Positions 8,958-18,624 of a stretch of 58,581 nt of DNA are shown here, piece by piece (position 1 is the stretch's first letter; each line of letters opens with the position of its first letter). The notes beneath the pieces were generated by a model. It made no database searches and was not told the DNA's origin. It saw only the letters and a list, made by a program, of their open reading frames with translations. A program made the position numbers and the translations under genes. This DNA is from a virus (lineage: Duplodnaviria; Caudoviricetes), in IMG/VR virus record IMGVR_UViG_3300025096_001538, positions 1-58,581 of that record. One strand, 5' to 3'.

Positions 8958-11900
8958 TTATCCTACTACAACGGCCGTACCTGGTGCATCCACTGGTATG
9001 TAATATCTTTTACCTTTACTATTTGTCTTAATCGGTTCACCTTTAGGTCCAGTCGCAAGTGATTCTTGTCCTGTTGGTGCTAAACCTATTGGTACTCCAT
9101 AATGTTTACCTATGGTTTGCTGTAAAACATCACCAACATAAGTAAATGAACATTGACAAGTAACATGCTTAGGTAATTGTAATCCATCTTCTATTTCCCA
9201 AGTACTTTGATCATCAACATCTACAGTTAAACTATCAAGAAATCCTGGACTTCTATTAAACATATCACCAATAGTCAATTCTATAAATGGTGCAACCATC
9301 ATATTACTACTAAATGATGGATAACATAACCCCACAAGATAATTTGTCTTTTGCCATAAAACTGACAATTCTTGCTTTGTCTTAGGATATATATCAAATG
9401 AAAAACTTAGTTTTCTTTCTGCTCCATTATAAACATAAACTTGATCTGGACGACCTATGTATCTTGTTCCACTCCATTCAGGTGTAATACTATCTGATAT
9501 ACCACTTAATATTGCTCTAAATACAATAAACTTATCATTAACAACATCTTTAAATTTAAATTTTATAAAATCACTTGTTTTATTTTCTGCTTCAGTTTGT
9601 TTATCAGTATAATCTTCTCCATATGGTATCATATTAACTTTATCATTAGTACCATGCTTGATTACTCCAAGTGTACTATCTACTACCTTATCTACATTAG
9701 GTTTACCTTGATTACCAATATCATCTACTACTTTCTTTGATTTATCTCTAATACCCTTTCCATCTTTCTCTGATAATTCATTTAACCAAGCTGGTCTTGC
9801 ATCTTTATCAAGTGCATTTAGATTCAATTCTCCTGCACTTCTTAAAGTTGTTTCATAGTTATATTTTCCGTGTTGTGCATCATCCTGAATTTGTCCTGGT
9901 CTTGCAAATGTAGGTGAAATTGGAATTGAACCATAAGCTAATGTAGAATACTCTTTAATATTATTTAAATCAAGTTGTTTGTTTACCGTTTTATCATTAA
10001 GAGTAAAAATATTAGTTTTTAAGTCCTTTAATTCTGTCTTTTTTAATTCTCCTAATCGTTCTTCACCTATATAATCTTTAAGTTTACTATTTTCTGTATC
10101 CCAAAACTTCCAAGAATAATTTATTAGTCGAGATAATGGATTCCAAACTTCTTCACCTTCAGGATCATTACTATAATCTGACCAATGTGGATTAACACTA
10201 ATACCATTTAACTTATTGTATGATTTTGTTAAAAAATCTGGACTCGTTCTCGGTAATGCCTTTGGAGCTCCATCAACTGTAGTATAAAGTGGATTACCAT
10301 GAACCCCATATAATTGACTTAATGAATCAAAAGCTGATACTTGAAGTGCAATATCTGTTGGTTCTTCACCCAAACTCTTAACATAATCAGTAAGAGAAAA
10401 ATTAGATTTTTTACCAATAGTAAAAGGACCACCCAAGTCACTCATTTTTTGGTGTATGTCAGCTACAGCACCTTTCCAATCTGCTTCTTTTTTCTCTGCC
10501 GCTGCAGCTTCCTCTACTTTAGCCTGTCGGTCAGCATTTGCTTGGGCAGCTGCTAATTCCTGATTACGTTTAGTTACTGCTTCTTGTCTTTTAAGGGCCG
10601 ATTGGAATGCTATACCAGCTGCGTCGATTTGTAATTCAACAAGAAGATTCCTTGTTTCAATGTCAACAAGAGGATTCACTGCACCTGGCACAGGTTCCAT
10701 ACTATTATGAAAACTATTATTACTCAAAGACTTATGCCAATTAAATGCCTTTTCATTTGTTGGATCAAAAAATATCCAATTTTCACCAAGTATACGTGAT
10801 ACAAACTCAAATCCAGTTTGTGGTGCATATCCTGTATCGGATGTTAATCCTGAATAAGGTAATGAAAAATAAGAAACAGGACCTCTTGGTGCACCTTTTC
10901 TTGCTCCCGAATCACTTGCCCAAGAAGTACCGAGTCCAACTGCACTTGTGGAAGAATGTTTACCAGTCGTAAAAGAAATAGTACCACCATCTGGACGATT
11001 TCCATCTCCTGGATAAATTAACATATCTGAATCTAATACTTCATTTCCCCCTTCCCAACTCAATTTTCTAATTGATTCAGGTATATCATCATAGGAAGTA
11101 GGATCTAAATATGCCCAATTAAAATTAACCATATCCGAATATGATGAACCTAAATCACCATAGGAAAAAGTATCCAATTCTGAATAGGAAGAGCGGTAAT
11201 AATACTTCTTTACACCTACTCGGTTTGGACTATGGGTGGCCTGTGTCCAAAAATTAGCATCCCAAAACTCACCTACAGGATCATGGAAATGAATCCCATC
11301 TACTCCAAAAGCACCCTTTTGACTAAATACTTCTTGAGTTGGCCATCTGGGAGTTCTACCAAATAAATAAGTTATTCCCCAATCAAATCCATCCATAAAC
11401 TTATTAGTTGTTCTTTTTTCAAACTCAATAAAATTCTTAGTTAATCTTGTTAATCTACTTTTTTCAAACTTAAACTCTTCACCACGATCTCCAAATCCCC
11501 AAATATCATCATCTCCATCATTTTTCCAATAATCTTCATATTTGTTAGGTGCAAATAATCCAAAAACAGTAAGATGTCTTTGCCAATGTACTTTAGGTAT
11601 TAATGATGCAGATAAACTAACTGGATTATAAAGTCTCGTTTCTGGACGAGGATTATAATCTTGTAAAAGATACTGCTTAGATGCCCATTGTTTACCAGAC
11701 TCGGTTTGTAACCAACTTTCAATTCTCAACGTATCTTCTGCGGCTCTTGCCATAGCCAAAGCCAAATATTCTACTGGAGCAAATGATTGTTTTGGATCTC
11801 TTGGAATATAAGTTTGTCCAATCGAGTGTCTTATAATTGGATGTGATTCATCCCATGTATTTATAACTTGTTCATCATCAGTACCAGCATTTATTGTCAC

Positions 11901-13346
11901 AAGTCTGGCTCCGCCATCTGAGTTTGGACTGAACTGTTTATACGGCCATACTTCTTCAGTATGATCATATGCCTTTTTGAGAAATGTTGTTAATGGTGTA
12001 GGTAATTGATAGTTAGGCATACTATCATACAAACTGACATCCGTAAGGTCTTGGAACATCCCACCACCGTGTGTAAAAAGAAAATTTTGTTCCTGTTCAT
12101 GTGTATATCCAAATTGTGTTTCTATCGAATATGCTGTAGCTTGGTCTGGATATGACCGAGGTATATTATATAATGTCCGTTGTGCTGTTACTCCTTGTCC
12201 AAAAAACTCTAAAAATGATCCTGGAATCTGATATTCACCATTTTCTGTCATATATCTACCAGTTACCGTCCAATCAGGTAAAGTATCTGAATATCTTGGA
12301 GCTGCACCACCAACTGCTCCTGCAAAATCTTGTGAACCTATATGTATAGAACCAAGTTTCCATTTTTCGGATGGTATAGAAGTACTTTCATTTTCAAATA
12401 AATCCGTTAATAAAGACACATGATTAAAATTATCAATAGTTGGTAAAAAATGATGTTGATATACATCATATCGTTTTTCGTCTTGTTGATTTCCTAATTC
12501 ATGAAATATTTTATCAGGCCAACTTGCTGCTATACTATCTGATGCTCCAAGTCCAACTGCTGATGGGACTATCTGAACAATATCTCCTCCTGAACCTACA
12601 TACAATCCAGGATACCCAGATATTGGTAAAGTAGTAAAATCACTACCATGTGCATCAGTTACCTTTGGTGTTACATTTATATTTGTTTGATAATCTTGTG
12701 TAGTAGGACCAGATAATGTAATCATATCAACTTGATGTGTTACTGAATCAACTGGTTCTGAATGTTGACTTACATATTCAGCCAATGGAGTTGTCATAAA
12801 ATCTTCTGCCCATGCGTTTGGAGCTACGGGTGAAATATTAAGTGTTTGTTCTGGAACACTACCATGTGGTCCATTAGAACTTACTTGTGCTATAGTATGA
12901 GATAATGGTGTTAAAGTATAACCACCTTCACCAATAGTATATTTAGATTCACCCATATCAACTGTAAACCCATGTGGATGTCCTCCAGGTGGAATAAATC
13001 CTTGTCCTTGTTTTGTTCCATCCATATAATCTGTTACGCCATATGGACCTCTTGTTTCTGGTTCAGTTTCAAGTGGACCAAAATTACTTACCATTTCTTC
13101 TAATGATTTCGGATTTGGTCTTTCAAATGTTTGTTGTCCTGTTACTATTGAAGAATGACCATCATAAAAAGTTTGTGGAACTCCTGCTCCATCATCGAGT
13201 TCACTATGGTCTTTAGGATGTGGTGGCTGTCCGTTTGGTTTTATTCCACCATGACGACCACCTATCTGACTATTATTTTCAGTAGTAGCAGCATACTTAG
13301 TCCATTTAAAGTTCTCTAAATTTTGTGTTAAATCAACAATACCCAT
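8958..13346 (-). CDS. Large baseplate / tail tube initiator-like protein
   Basis: Lies between tape measure and LysM gene. C-terminal FRAILSGISDSITPEW...YIGRPDQVYVYNGAERKLSFSF...PFIELTIGD resembles gp48/gp54/gpU-type tube-initiator domains; the long N-terminal region is unassigned. Confidence 0.6.
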   Translation of the reverse strand: MGIVDLTQNLENFKWTKYAATTENNSQIGGRHGGIKPNGQPPHPKDHSELDDGAGVPQTFYDGHSSIVTGQQTFERPNPKSLEEMVSNFGPLETEPETRGPYGVTDYMDGTKQGQGFIPPGGHPHGFTVDMGESKYTIGEGGYTLTPLSHTIAQVSSNGPHGSVPEQTLNISPVAPNAWAEDFMTTPLAEYVSQHSEPVDSVTHQVDMITLSGPTTQDYQTNINVTPKVTDAHGSDFTTLPISGYPGLYVGSGGDIVQIVPSAVGLGASDSIAASWPDKIFHELGNQQDEKRYDVYQHHFLPTIDNFNHVSLLTDLFENESTSIPSEKWKLGSIHIGSQDFAGAVGGAAPRYSDTLPDWTVTGRYMTENGEYQIPGSFLEFFGQGVTAQRTLYNIPRSYPDQATAYSIETQFGYTHEQEQNFLFTHGGGMFQDLTDVSLYDSMPNYQLPTPLTTFLKKAYDHTEEVWPYKQFSPNSDGGARLVTINAGTDDEQVINTWDESHPIIRHSIGQTYIPRDPKQSFAPVEYLALAMARAAEDTLRIESWLQTESGKQWASKQYLLQDYNPRPETRLYNPVSLSASLIPKVHWQRHLTVFGLFAPNKYEDYWKNDGDDDIWGFGDRGEEFKFEKSRLTRLTKNFIEFEKRTTNKFMDGFDWGITYLFGRTPRWPTQEVFSQKGAFGVDGIHFHDPVGEFWDANFWTQATHSPNRVGVKKYYYRSSYSELDTFSYGDLGSSYSDMVNFNWAYLDPTSYDDIPESIRKLSWEGGNEVLDSDMLIYPGDGNRPDGGTISFTTGKHSSTSAVGLGTSWASDSGARKGAPRGPVSYFSLPYSGLTSDTGYAPQTGFEFVSRILGENWIFFDPTNEKAFNWHKSLSNNSFHNSMEPVPGAVNPLVDIETRNLLVELQIDAAGIAFQSALKRQEAVTKRNQELAAAQANADRQAKVEEAAAAEKKEADWKGAVADIHQKMSDLGGPFTIGKKSNFSLTDYVKSLGEEPTDIALQVSAFDSLSQLYGVHGNPLYTTVDGAPKALPRTSPDFLTKSYNKLNGISVNPHWSDYSNDPEGEEVWNPLSRLINYSWKFWDTENSKLKDYIGEERLGELKKTELKDLKTNIFTLNDKTVNKQLDLNNIKEYSTLAYGSIPISPTFARPGQIQDDAQHGKYNYETTLRSAGELNLNALDKDARPAWLNELSEKDGKGIRDKSKKVVDDIGNQGKPNVDKVVDSTLGVIKHGTNDKVNMIPYGEDYTDKQTEAENKTSDFIKFKFKDVVNDKFIVFRAILSGISDSITPEWSGTRYIGRPDQVYVYNGAERKLSFSFDIYPKTKQELSVLWQKTNYLVGLCYPSFSSNMMVAPFIELTIGDMFNRSPGFLDSLTVDVDDQSTWEIEDGLQLPKHVTCQCSFTYVGDVLQQTIGKHYGVPIGLAPTGQESLATGPKGEPIKTNSKGKRYYIPVDAPGTAVVVG

Positions 13347-16273
13347 TACTTTCCTTTAACTATATCTAATGTTGCATTTCGTTGTTTTCTAGCCTGTTCT
13401 TCTCTATCTGTTAAACTCTGATTGGTTAATGCAATTAATTGTTCAAGTTTCTGTTCAGTACCAGTATTATCTGCCTGAACTACTATTGGTTGTTGATTTC
13501 TTAAACTTGCCATAGTTTCAAGTAAGTTTGGAGCGGCTGCCCAATCATCATTTGGTGATAATTCTCTAAATTGACCTTCTTTTGTTGCAATTTTGGTTGT
13601 TTTACCTGATTCTCCAATAACATCACCAGCCCCCTTCATATCTTTGAACACCCCACTACCAAATGTTGAATATCCCAATGCTCCACCAGCTATTGCACCT
13701 GCTGTCATTCCACCTAACATAGCCAGACCGATACCAGCTCCAAATCCACTTGCTATCAAAGCTCCTGCTATAGCACCAATTATTCCAAAGACTATCGCAC
13801 CTTGTAGCTTGTATTGTTTGTTTTGGTCTGCCAAAGCCTTTGCCTTTTGTTCTTCTGTCATCATCAAGGTCATTAAATCACTCGTCTGTATGCTAAGTGC
13901 AGATGCAGCTTCTTGTCTCTGTACGGCCGTCATTTTATTCCATTCGGCCTCACCACCAAGTTGTTTTAAAACTTCTTTCTGTCCCTGAACAAGTTTTCCA
14001 TCATATATTAATTGTCGAGCTCTTTCAAAATTAAGATTCTTATTAAGTAGTACTGACAATTCCATTTCTTTGGCAATAGATGTTTCCCAATCCAATAAAC
14101 TTTCAGCCATTTGAGCAGTTACACCTAAATTAGACCCTAGCTTAGCTGCATGTTTTGTAGCTTCTATTATATTATCACCAGTACCTTTAGTATATGCTGC
14201 CACAAATTCCATATTACCTGCCATATCAGCAAATACTTTAGACGCGGATAATCCTTCTTTTTTAATTTGTTTTATCCACTTTACTTGTTGGTCGAGTGCC
14301 ATTTCCTTAGTTGAATCAGTAGTAGCAACTTGAAGTTTTAATATTTTTGCCATATCAGTTGCCTGGACTCCGTGTAACACGGATGTCTTTTTCATAGTCC
14401 ACAAAACTTCATTACTCACATCTGATAATGACCCGAACTCGTCTAATACCGCCTGTGCTTCGTCTTTAAATATTAAAGCTGATATTGGCATCTCATTCCA
14501 AGCAACACCTAAATCTCTAGCAGTACTCCACAATTTATAAAACACACCACCAAGTACACCAGCAATACCTATCATTTTACCCATACTACCTTTAGCTTTA
14601 GACAAAAAACCACTAAATTTTCCTGATGATTTTGCCGTTTTTGGTATTTCTTTTCCTAAGTCTTTTTGAGACGCCACAGATTTGGCTCTTGCTATTGATT
14701 CATCGTAAGCCGATTCACCCATCTCTGCCTGATTACTCAAATCTTGTCCACCAATTCCTTCACCTTTAAATGAAGGTGCACCACCACCACCACCACCACC
14801 TTTACCTTTCATAGCACTGATAATAGCTGGTATAAGTGCTTTTGCTTTACCTTTCATAGCACTGATAATAGCTGGTATAAGTGCTTTTGCTTTAGTAATA
14901 AGTTCGTCAAAATTACCAACATGAGTATGAATACTTCCTGGTGTTGTTCCGGCGGCTGTTAATTTGGCGATATTTTCTTCCATTGTACCCATAGGTAAGG
15001 CTTCCGTTGCAATATTAGGTTGTGCAAATCCTTCCATATATTCATTATAACCTTTATGTGCATGAACACTTTGTTGTGCCGCTACTGTAGCATTACCTAC
15101 AGATTTATTCCATTCATCAAAATTCATCATATTATCACCAACCATATCTGTACCACCAGTTGCAGACTCTATAACTCCACCAGTAGTAGTAACACTACCA
15201 TTTACATACATTACAACATCACCAGATATTGTTAAATCCTCAGAAGTAACAGTACTATCTATCGGTCCTCCCTGATTCATTTCTCTAAAAATTTGTGCTT
15301 CCTGCTTGTTCCCAACTGACTCTGCATTTTGCACAGCGTTACTAAGTTCTCCTTCTGCGTAAACGAACTGATTAGTCATATCGTCAATATAACCTTTCCC
15401 TTCTTTAACCATCGATTGGATATATTCTTCTAATACTGCTGAATCAGCGCCCTTTAGGCCGCTACGATATTCCAGTGATGCCTGTCTGGACTCATCCGTC
15501 TTTCCAGTAAACTCCTCACGGGCCGATTCCGATGCACCTTCTCTAAATGCATCAGATAATTGTTCTCCCCATTCATCAAATGGCATAAGTGATGATATCA
15601 ATCCTCCAAAAATAGGTATTTGTTTTATCCAATCATCTATAGCACTAAATGGTTGATTGATTAATTTTGCAGTTTCATCAATTCTGTTATGAACCCGTTT
15701 CATTTCATCTTGTTGGGTCTGTAAATTTTTTAAATGTTTAACATCTTCTTTATTCCCGTGTGCTTTTGCCTTTGCAATATCTCTATTTAAATCAAGACTA
15801 ATAAATTCGGAAGTACCTATTGATAACATATTTCCTGCAACTTCTCGTGTTCTATCCACCGTATTAACCATAATTGCGGCTTTGGCTTTGTGAAATTTAG
15901 TACCACCTTGTAATAACTTATTATATTCCTGTTCTCTACCAACCAATCCTTTAGCCAGTTTACCCATAGCAGTTGAATGATCTACTTGGGCGAGAATATG
16001 TTCAGATGAGGCAACAGTTGATTTATTGTACTCTTTGGCCAAATCGACCAGATTATTCCACTTCTCAACTCCCTTGTTTAAATCTTTATTAAGTGTTTCG
16101 GTAGCAATTAATTGTAACTTTTGGGTTTCAGACATGCTATCCCACATATCTTTATTTGAGGCAATCCACTTTACAATGAGCTGAGATTGTTCATCTTGTC
16201 GTTTAGCCAACTCTTGAAATGCCTGAGTTGACTCACTAATGTTTTTATTGAATGGTTTTTTATTTATCGCCAC
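13346..16273 (-). CDS. Tail tape measure protein
   Basis: Long helical Ala/Gln/Lys-rich ORF with hydrophobic Gly/Ala segments, directly after tube and chaperone genes; GTG start. Confidence 0.8.
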   Translation of the reverse strand: MAINKKPFNKNISESTQAFQELAKRQDEQSQLIVKWIASNKDMWDSMSETQKLQLIATETLNKDLNKGVEKWNNLVDLAKEYNKSTVASSEHILAQVDHSTAMGKLAKGLVGREQEYNKLLQGGTKFHKAKAAIMVNTVDRTREVAGNMLSIGTSEFISLDLNRDIAKAKAHGNKEDVKHLKNLQTQQDEMKRVHNRIDETAKLINQPFSAIDDWIKQIPIFGGLISSLMPFDEWGEQLSDAFREGASESAREEFTGKTDESRQASLEYRSGLKGADSAVLEEYIQSMVKEGKGYIDDMTNQFVYAEGELSNAVQNAESVGNKQEAQIFREMNQGGPIDSTVTSEDLTISGDVVMYVNGSVTTTGGVIESATGGTDMVGDNMMNFDEWNKSVGNATVAAQQSVHAHKGYNEYMEGFAQPNIATEALPMGTMEENIAKLTAAGTTPGSIHTHVGNFDELITKAKALIPAIISAMKGKAKALIPAIISAMKGKGGGGGGGAPSFKGEGIGGQDLSNQAEMGESAYDESIARAKSVASQKDLGKEIPKTAKSSGKFSGFLSKAKGSMGKMIGIAGVLGGVFYKLWSTARDLGVAWNEMPISALIFKDEAQAVLDEFGSLSDVSNEVLWTMKKTSVLHGVQATDMAKILKLQVATTDSTKEMALDQQVKWIKQIKKEGLSASKVFADMAGNMEFVAAYTKGTGDNIIEATKHAAKLGSNLGVTAQMAESLLDWETSIAKEMELSVLLNKNLNFERARQLIYDGKLVQGQKEVLKQLGGEAEWNKMTAVQRQEAASALSIQTSDLMTLMMTEEQKAKALADQNKQYKLQGAIVFGIIGAIAGALIASGFGAGIGLAMLGGMTAGAIAGGALGYSTFGSGVFKDMKGAGDVIGESGKTTKIATKEGQFRELSPNDDWAAAPNLLETMASLRNQQPIVVQADNTGTEQKLEQLIALTNQSLTDREEQARKQRNATLDIVKGK
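14800..14894. repeat. Perfect 45-bp in-frame tandem duplication in tape measure gene
   Basis: CTTTACCTTTCATAGCACTGATAATAGCTGGTATAAGTGCTTTTG twice (KAKALIPAIISAMKG x2), next to a CCA run encoding poly-Gly. Confidence 0.97.
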
Positions 16274-16318
16274 GAATTATACCTTGTTTGATATTGAAGT
16301 ATTTAATTCGAAAAAAAT

Positions 16319-16561
16319 CTAAAATATATTAGGAAATACCTTTTTTAAATCTTTTCTAAGTTGTTCGTCATCTTTTGTTAAATGTCCATATAGATCATCT
16401 GCAGCATCTTCAGCGGCTTTAATCTTCCGTATAAGGTCTGGATCTTTAAATAAAGACTTTACAAACTTACGTCCCTTCTTTCGTCCAAGATGACGCCAAA
16501 GTTTCTCCATAAACTCATTTAGAACTTGTTCATTTTTGACAACATATTTGTACTTAGGCAT
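16319..16561 (-). CDS. Hypothetical protein
   Basis: 80-aa ORF with GGAG upstream and its own upstream motif at 16607. Confidence 0.75.
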   Translation of the reverse strand: MPKYKYVVKNEQVLNEFMEKLWRHLGRKKGRKFVKSLFKDPDLIRKIKAAEDAADDLYGHLTKDDEQLRKDLKKVFPNIF

Positions 16562-16606
16562 TGTTCTTTTCTCCGAATTAAATAAAACTGAATGTTACTT
16601 ATCAAT

Positions 16607-16616
16607 TATAAATATC
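16607..16616 (-). promoter_or_regulatory. Recurrent intergenic motif GATATTTATA (candidate late promoter)
   Basis: Plus strand TATAAATATC, upstream of 16561 and the tape measure block. Confidence 0.65.
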
Positions 16617-16636
16617 AAAGTAGAGAAAAAATAATA

Positions 16637-16867
16637 TTATCTGTTAGATTTTTTTATGTTAGGACGACTTAATTTAGATGACTTTTTTGTAGCCTTTTCA
16701 TAGGCAGCATTTTCTTCATCATATTGCTGTTTAAGTCGTTTAAGATAATAAAGTCTTAAATACACGGGCATATTATAGACTTCATTGAATGTGAATCCGC
16801 CCTTGGCGTTATAAATCAATTGAAATATTTGATTATGTATGTTTGGTTTATCTTCTGGTTGAAGGCC
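16637..16867 (-). CDS. Frameshift extension of tail assembly chaperone (GT-like)
   Basis: The +1 frame is open from the T7 run: FFGLQPEDKPNIHNQIFQLIYNAKGGFTFNEVYNMPVYLRLYYL. No convincing start or SD of its own. Confidence 0.75.
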   Translation of the reverse strand, partial: GLQPEDKPNIHNQIFQLIYNAKGGFTFNEVYNMPVYLRLYYLKRLKQQYDEENAAYEKATKKSSKLSRPNIKKSNR

Positions 16868-17624
16868 AAAAAAACTGAGCAGTCACAGGGACCGCTACCT
16901 CCTCGACTTCTCCGTTGTCGAGTTCTATCATAACAGTCATATCAACATCTGGACTAATTGATGTTAAATATGCCCTATATGCAAATGAATCAACAGAAAG
17001 AAATTCATTCTCTACAAAATTATTTATAGTAATTTTTTTATTGTCACCATCAACCGATGTAATGGAAGTCTTTAATCTTGTAGTGATTTCAGGATCAATA
17101 CCAGTTTCTTTTGTAAACTTTTTCATTGCCTTCAATTCGTCATCTATCTGGCGTTCCTCTTTTTGAGTAAGAAACTTAAATGTGACAACTCTTTTTGAAG
17201 TAGGCAATTCAAACTGGTGCTCATTAACTCCTTTAGTAAATTGTGTAAAATCTATTCTTTTATCTTCAAGTGAAGTTAAATCTATTGTTTCATCCCTTTG
17301 TCTACCACTACTTGCATCTACAAATGTTATAGGATAATCCTTACCATATGCTAAAACTCTGGCTGCTACCATAATTGCATTTTTATCACCTATTAAAACA
17401 TCATCAAGTGTTACACCTTCTGTAACAATGAGTGCCTCTAAAAGTTTATCAAGTACAATTCCTTTTTGTATTAAATTTCCAGAAGTTAGAATATCTTCTT
17501 CTTTTGCTGTCATATACTTAATTTCCACTTGACCACTCGATAACGGATTATCTTCTGGATAAAAATATCCCTTAGAAGGTAAATCTATTACCTCGGATGG
17601 AAATTGGCGTTTTTCTTCTGCCAT
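16848..17624 (-). CDS. Tail assembly chaperone / T4 gp26-like hub assembly protein
   Basis: IDLPSKGYFYP, IKYMTAKEEDIL, ARVLAYG, FELPTSK, C-terminal FFWP; position between tube and tape measure. Confidence 0.75.
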   Translation of the reverse strand: MAEEKRQFPSEVIDLPSKGYFYPEDNPLSSGQVEIKYMTAKEEDILTSGNLIQKGIVLDKLLEALIVTEGVTLDDVLIGDKNAIMVAARVLAYGKDYPITFVDASSGRQRDETIDLTSLEDKRIDFTQFTKGVNEHQFELPTSKRVVTFKFLTQKEERQIDDELKAMKKFTKETGIDPEITTRLKTSITSVDGDNKKITINNFVENEFLSVDSFAYRAYLTSISPDVDMTVMIELDNGEVEEVAVPVTAQFFWPSTRR

Positions 17625-17695
17625 AATTATCTCCTATGTATTATTCTATTGAATAGTTTTTGTAACCATCAATATAACCAATTAATTAAAACTTT

Positions 17696-17721
17696 ACTGG
17701 GTATCAATTAAGATACCCAGT
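17696..17721. other. Perfect 10-bp stem-loop
   Basis: ACTGGGTATC-aattaa-GATACCCAGT just after the 17730 stop; no clear U-tract on the minus strand. Confidence 0.7.
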
Positions 17722-17729
17722 CAAAATTA

Positions 17730-17942
17730 TTATTTAGGTGCTGCAAATTTCTCCGCTGCTGTTACACCTAACCCAACTACCGTAATGTACATAAAACATT
17801 CAAGTATTTGGTCTTTAATATCAAATCCACCAAATGTGTTTGCTCCCCAAGAAGCTACTAACATAACAAATGATGCAAATCCAATAAATCTTTTACTGGA
17901 AACTTTTGCATCACCAGATAACATCTGTGTAAAAAAACTCAT
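17730..17942 (-). CDS. Small two-TM membrane protein (holin-like)
   Basis: 70 aa, SSKRFIG followed by two hydrophobic segments; GGAG upstream. Confidence 0.55.
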   Translation of the reverse strand: MSFFTQMLSGDAKVSSKRFIGFASFVMLVASWGANTFGGFDIKDQILECFMYITVVGLGVTAAEKFAAPK

Positions 17943-17954
17943 GTTTTTCTCCGT

Positions 17955-18446
17955 TTAGAATTGTAGGATAGCGTAATCGTATCTTAATGTAAGTGTAATG
18001 TCCGCTGGATCAGTAGTATTTGCCCAATCCATATCATTAAAGTTAGCGTTTACAATCCAAGTTCCCTTTAATGTCCACTCCTCAACTTTATCACCAACAG
18101 GTCCTAAGACATTGATAGTTACATCTTTCTTATAGAAATCTGTATATCCATCTCTACCTGTTACTGACTCGTGAGCTAATCTTACCCATTCCATAACAGC
18201 TTGTGCTCCACTTGGAACAACTGGGTCATAAAGTGTAATTTCTAATTCTTCCCATGCCCCTTTACCTTTGACATATCTTTTTACATTGATGTGGTCTAAT
18301 TCAATTGTTTCAAAGGCTATTGAAGGTCTGTTAGCGGTTTTTATGAGATAAGCTGGTATACCTTCAATGTACATGATGTACCGATTTTTTGTTTTCGGTT
18401 CAAATGGTGTGAACATTATTTCAGAAGGATCTAATAGTTCTGGCAT
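17955..18446 (-). CDS. Tail tube protein (T4 gp19-like)
   Basis: FEPKTKNRY, KGAWEELEITLYDP, VMEWVR, YKKDVTINVLGPVGDKVEEWTLKGTW, LTLRYDYA; follows sheath. Confidence 0.92.
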   Translation of the reverse strand: MPELLDPSEIMFTPFEPKTKNRYIMYIEGIPAYLIKTANRPSIAFETIELDHINVKRYVKGKGAWEELEITLYDPVVPSGAQAVMEWVRLAHESVTGRDGYTDFYKKDVTINVLGPVGDKVEEWTLKGTWIVNANFNDMDWANTTDPADITLTLRYDYAILQF

Positions 18447-18477
18447 CTTTATTCTCCAATAAGTTTAATTCTTCAAC

Positions 18478-18487
18478 TATAAATATC
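18478..18487 (-). promoter_or_regulatory. Recurrent motif GATATTTATA upstream of tail tube (second copy at 18553-18562)
   Basis: Plus strand TATAAATATC, about 30 nt upstream of the ATG. Confidence 0.65.
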
Positions 18488-18570
18488 AAAAATTATAAAA
18501 ATCATCATAATCATTTTTCATAGTTTTATAGAAGTTTTATAGTATCTTCATATATAAATATACCGAGCAA

Positions 18571-18601
18571 CAAAAAACCCCTCAAAAAAGAGGGGTTTTT
18601 G
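18571..18601 (-). terminator. Intrinsic terminator after tail sheath
   Basis: AAAAACCCCTC-aaaaaa-GAGGGGTTTTT hairpin with A/T tracts on both sides. Confidence 0.85.
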
Positions 18602-18624
18602 TTTAGTTAATCTATTGATTAAAC

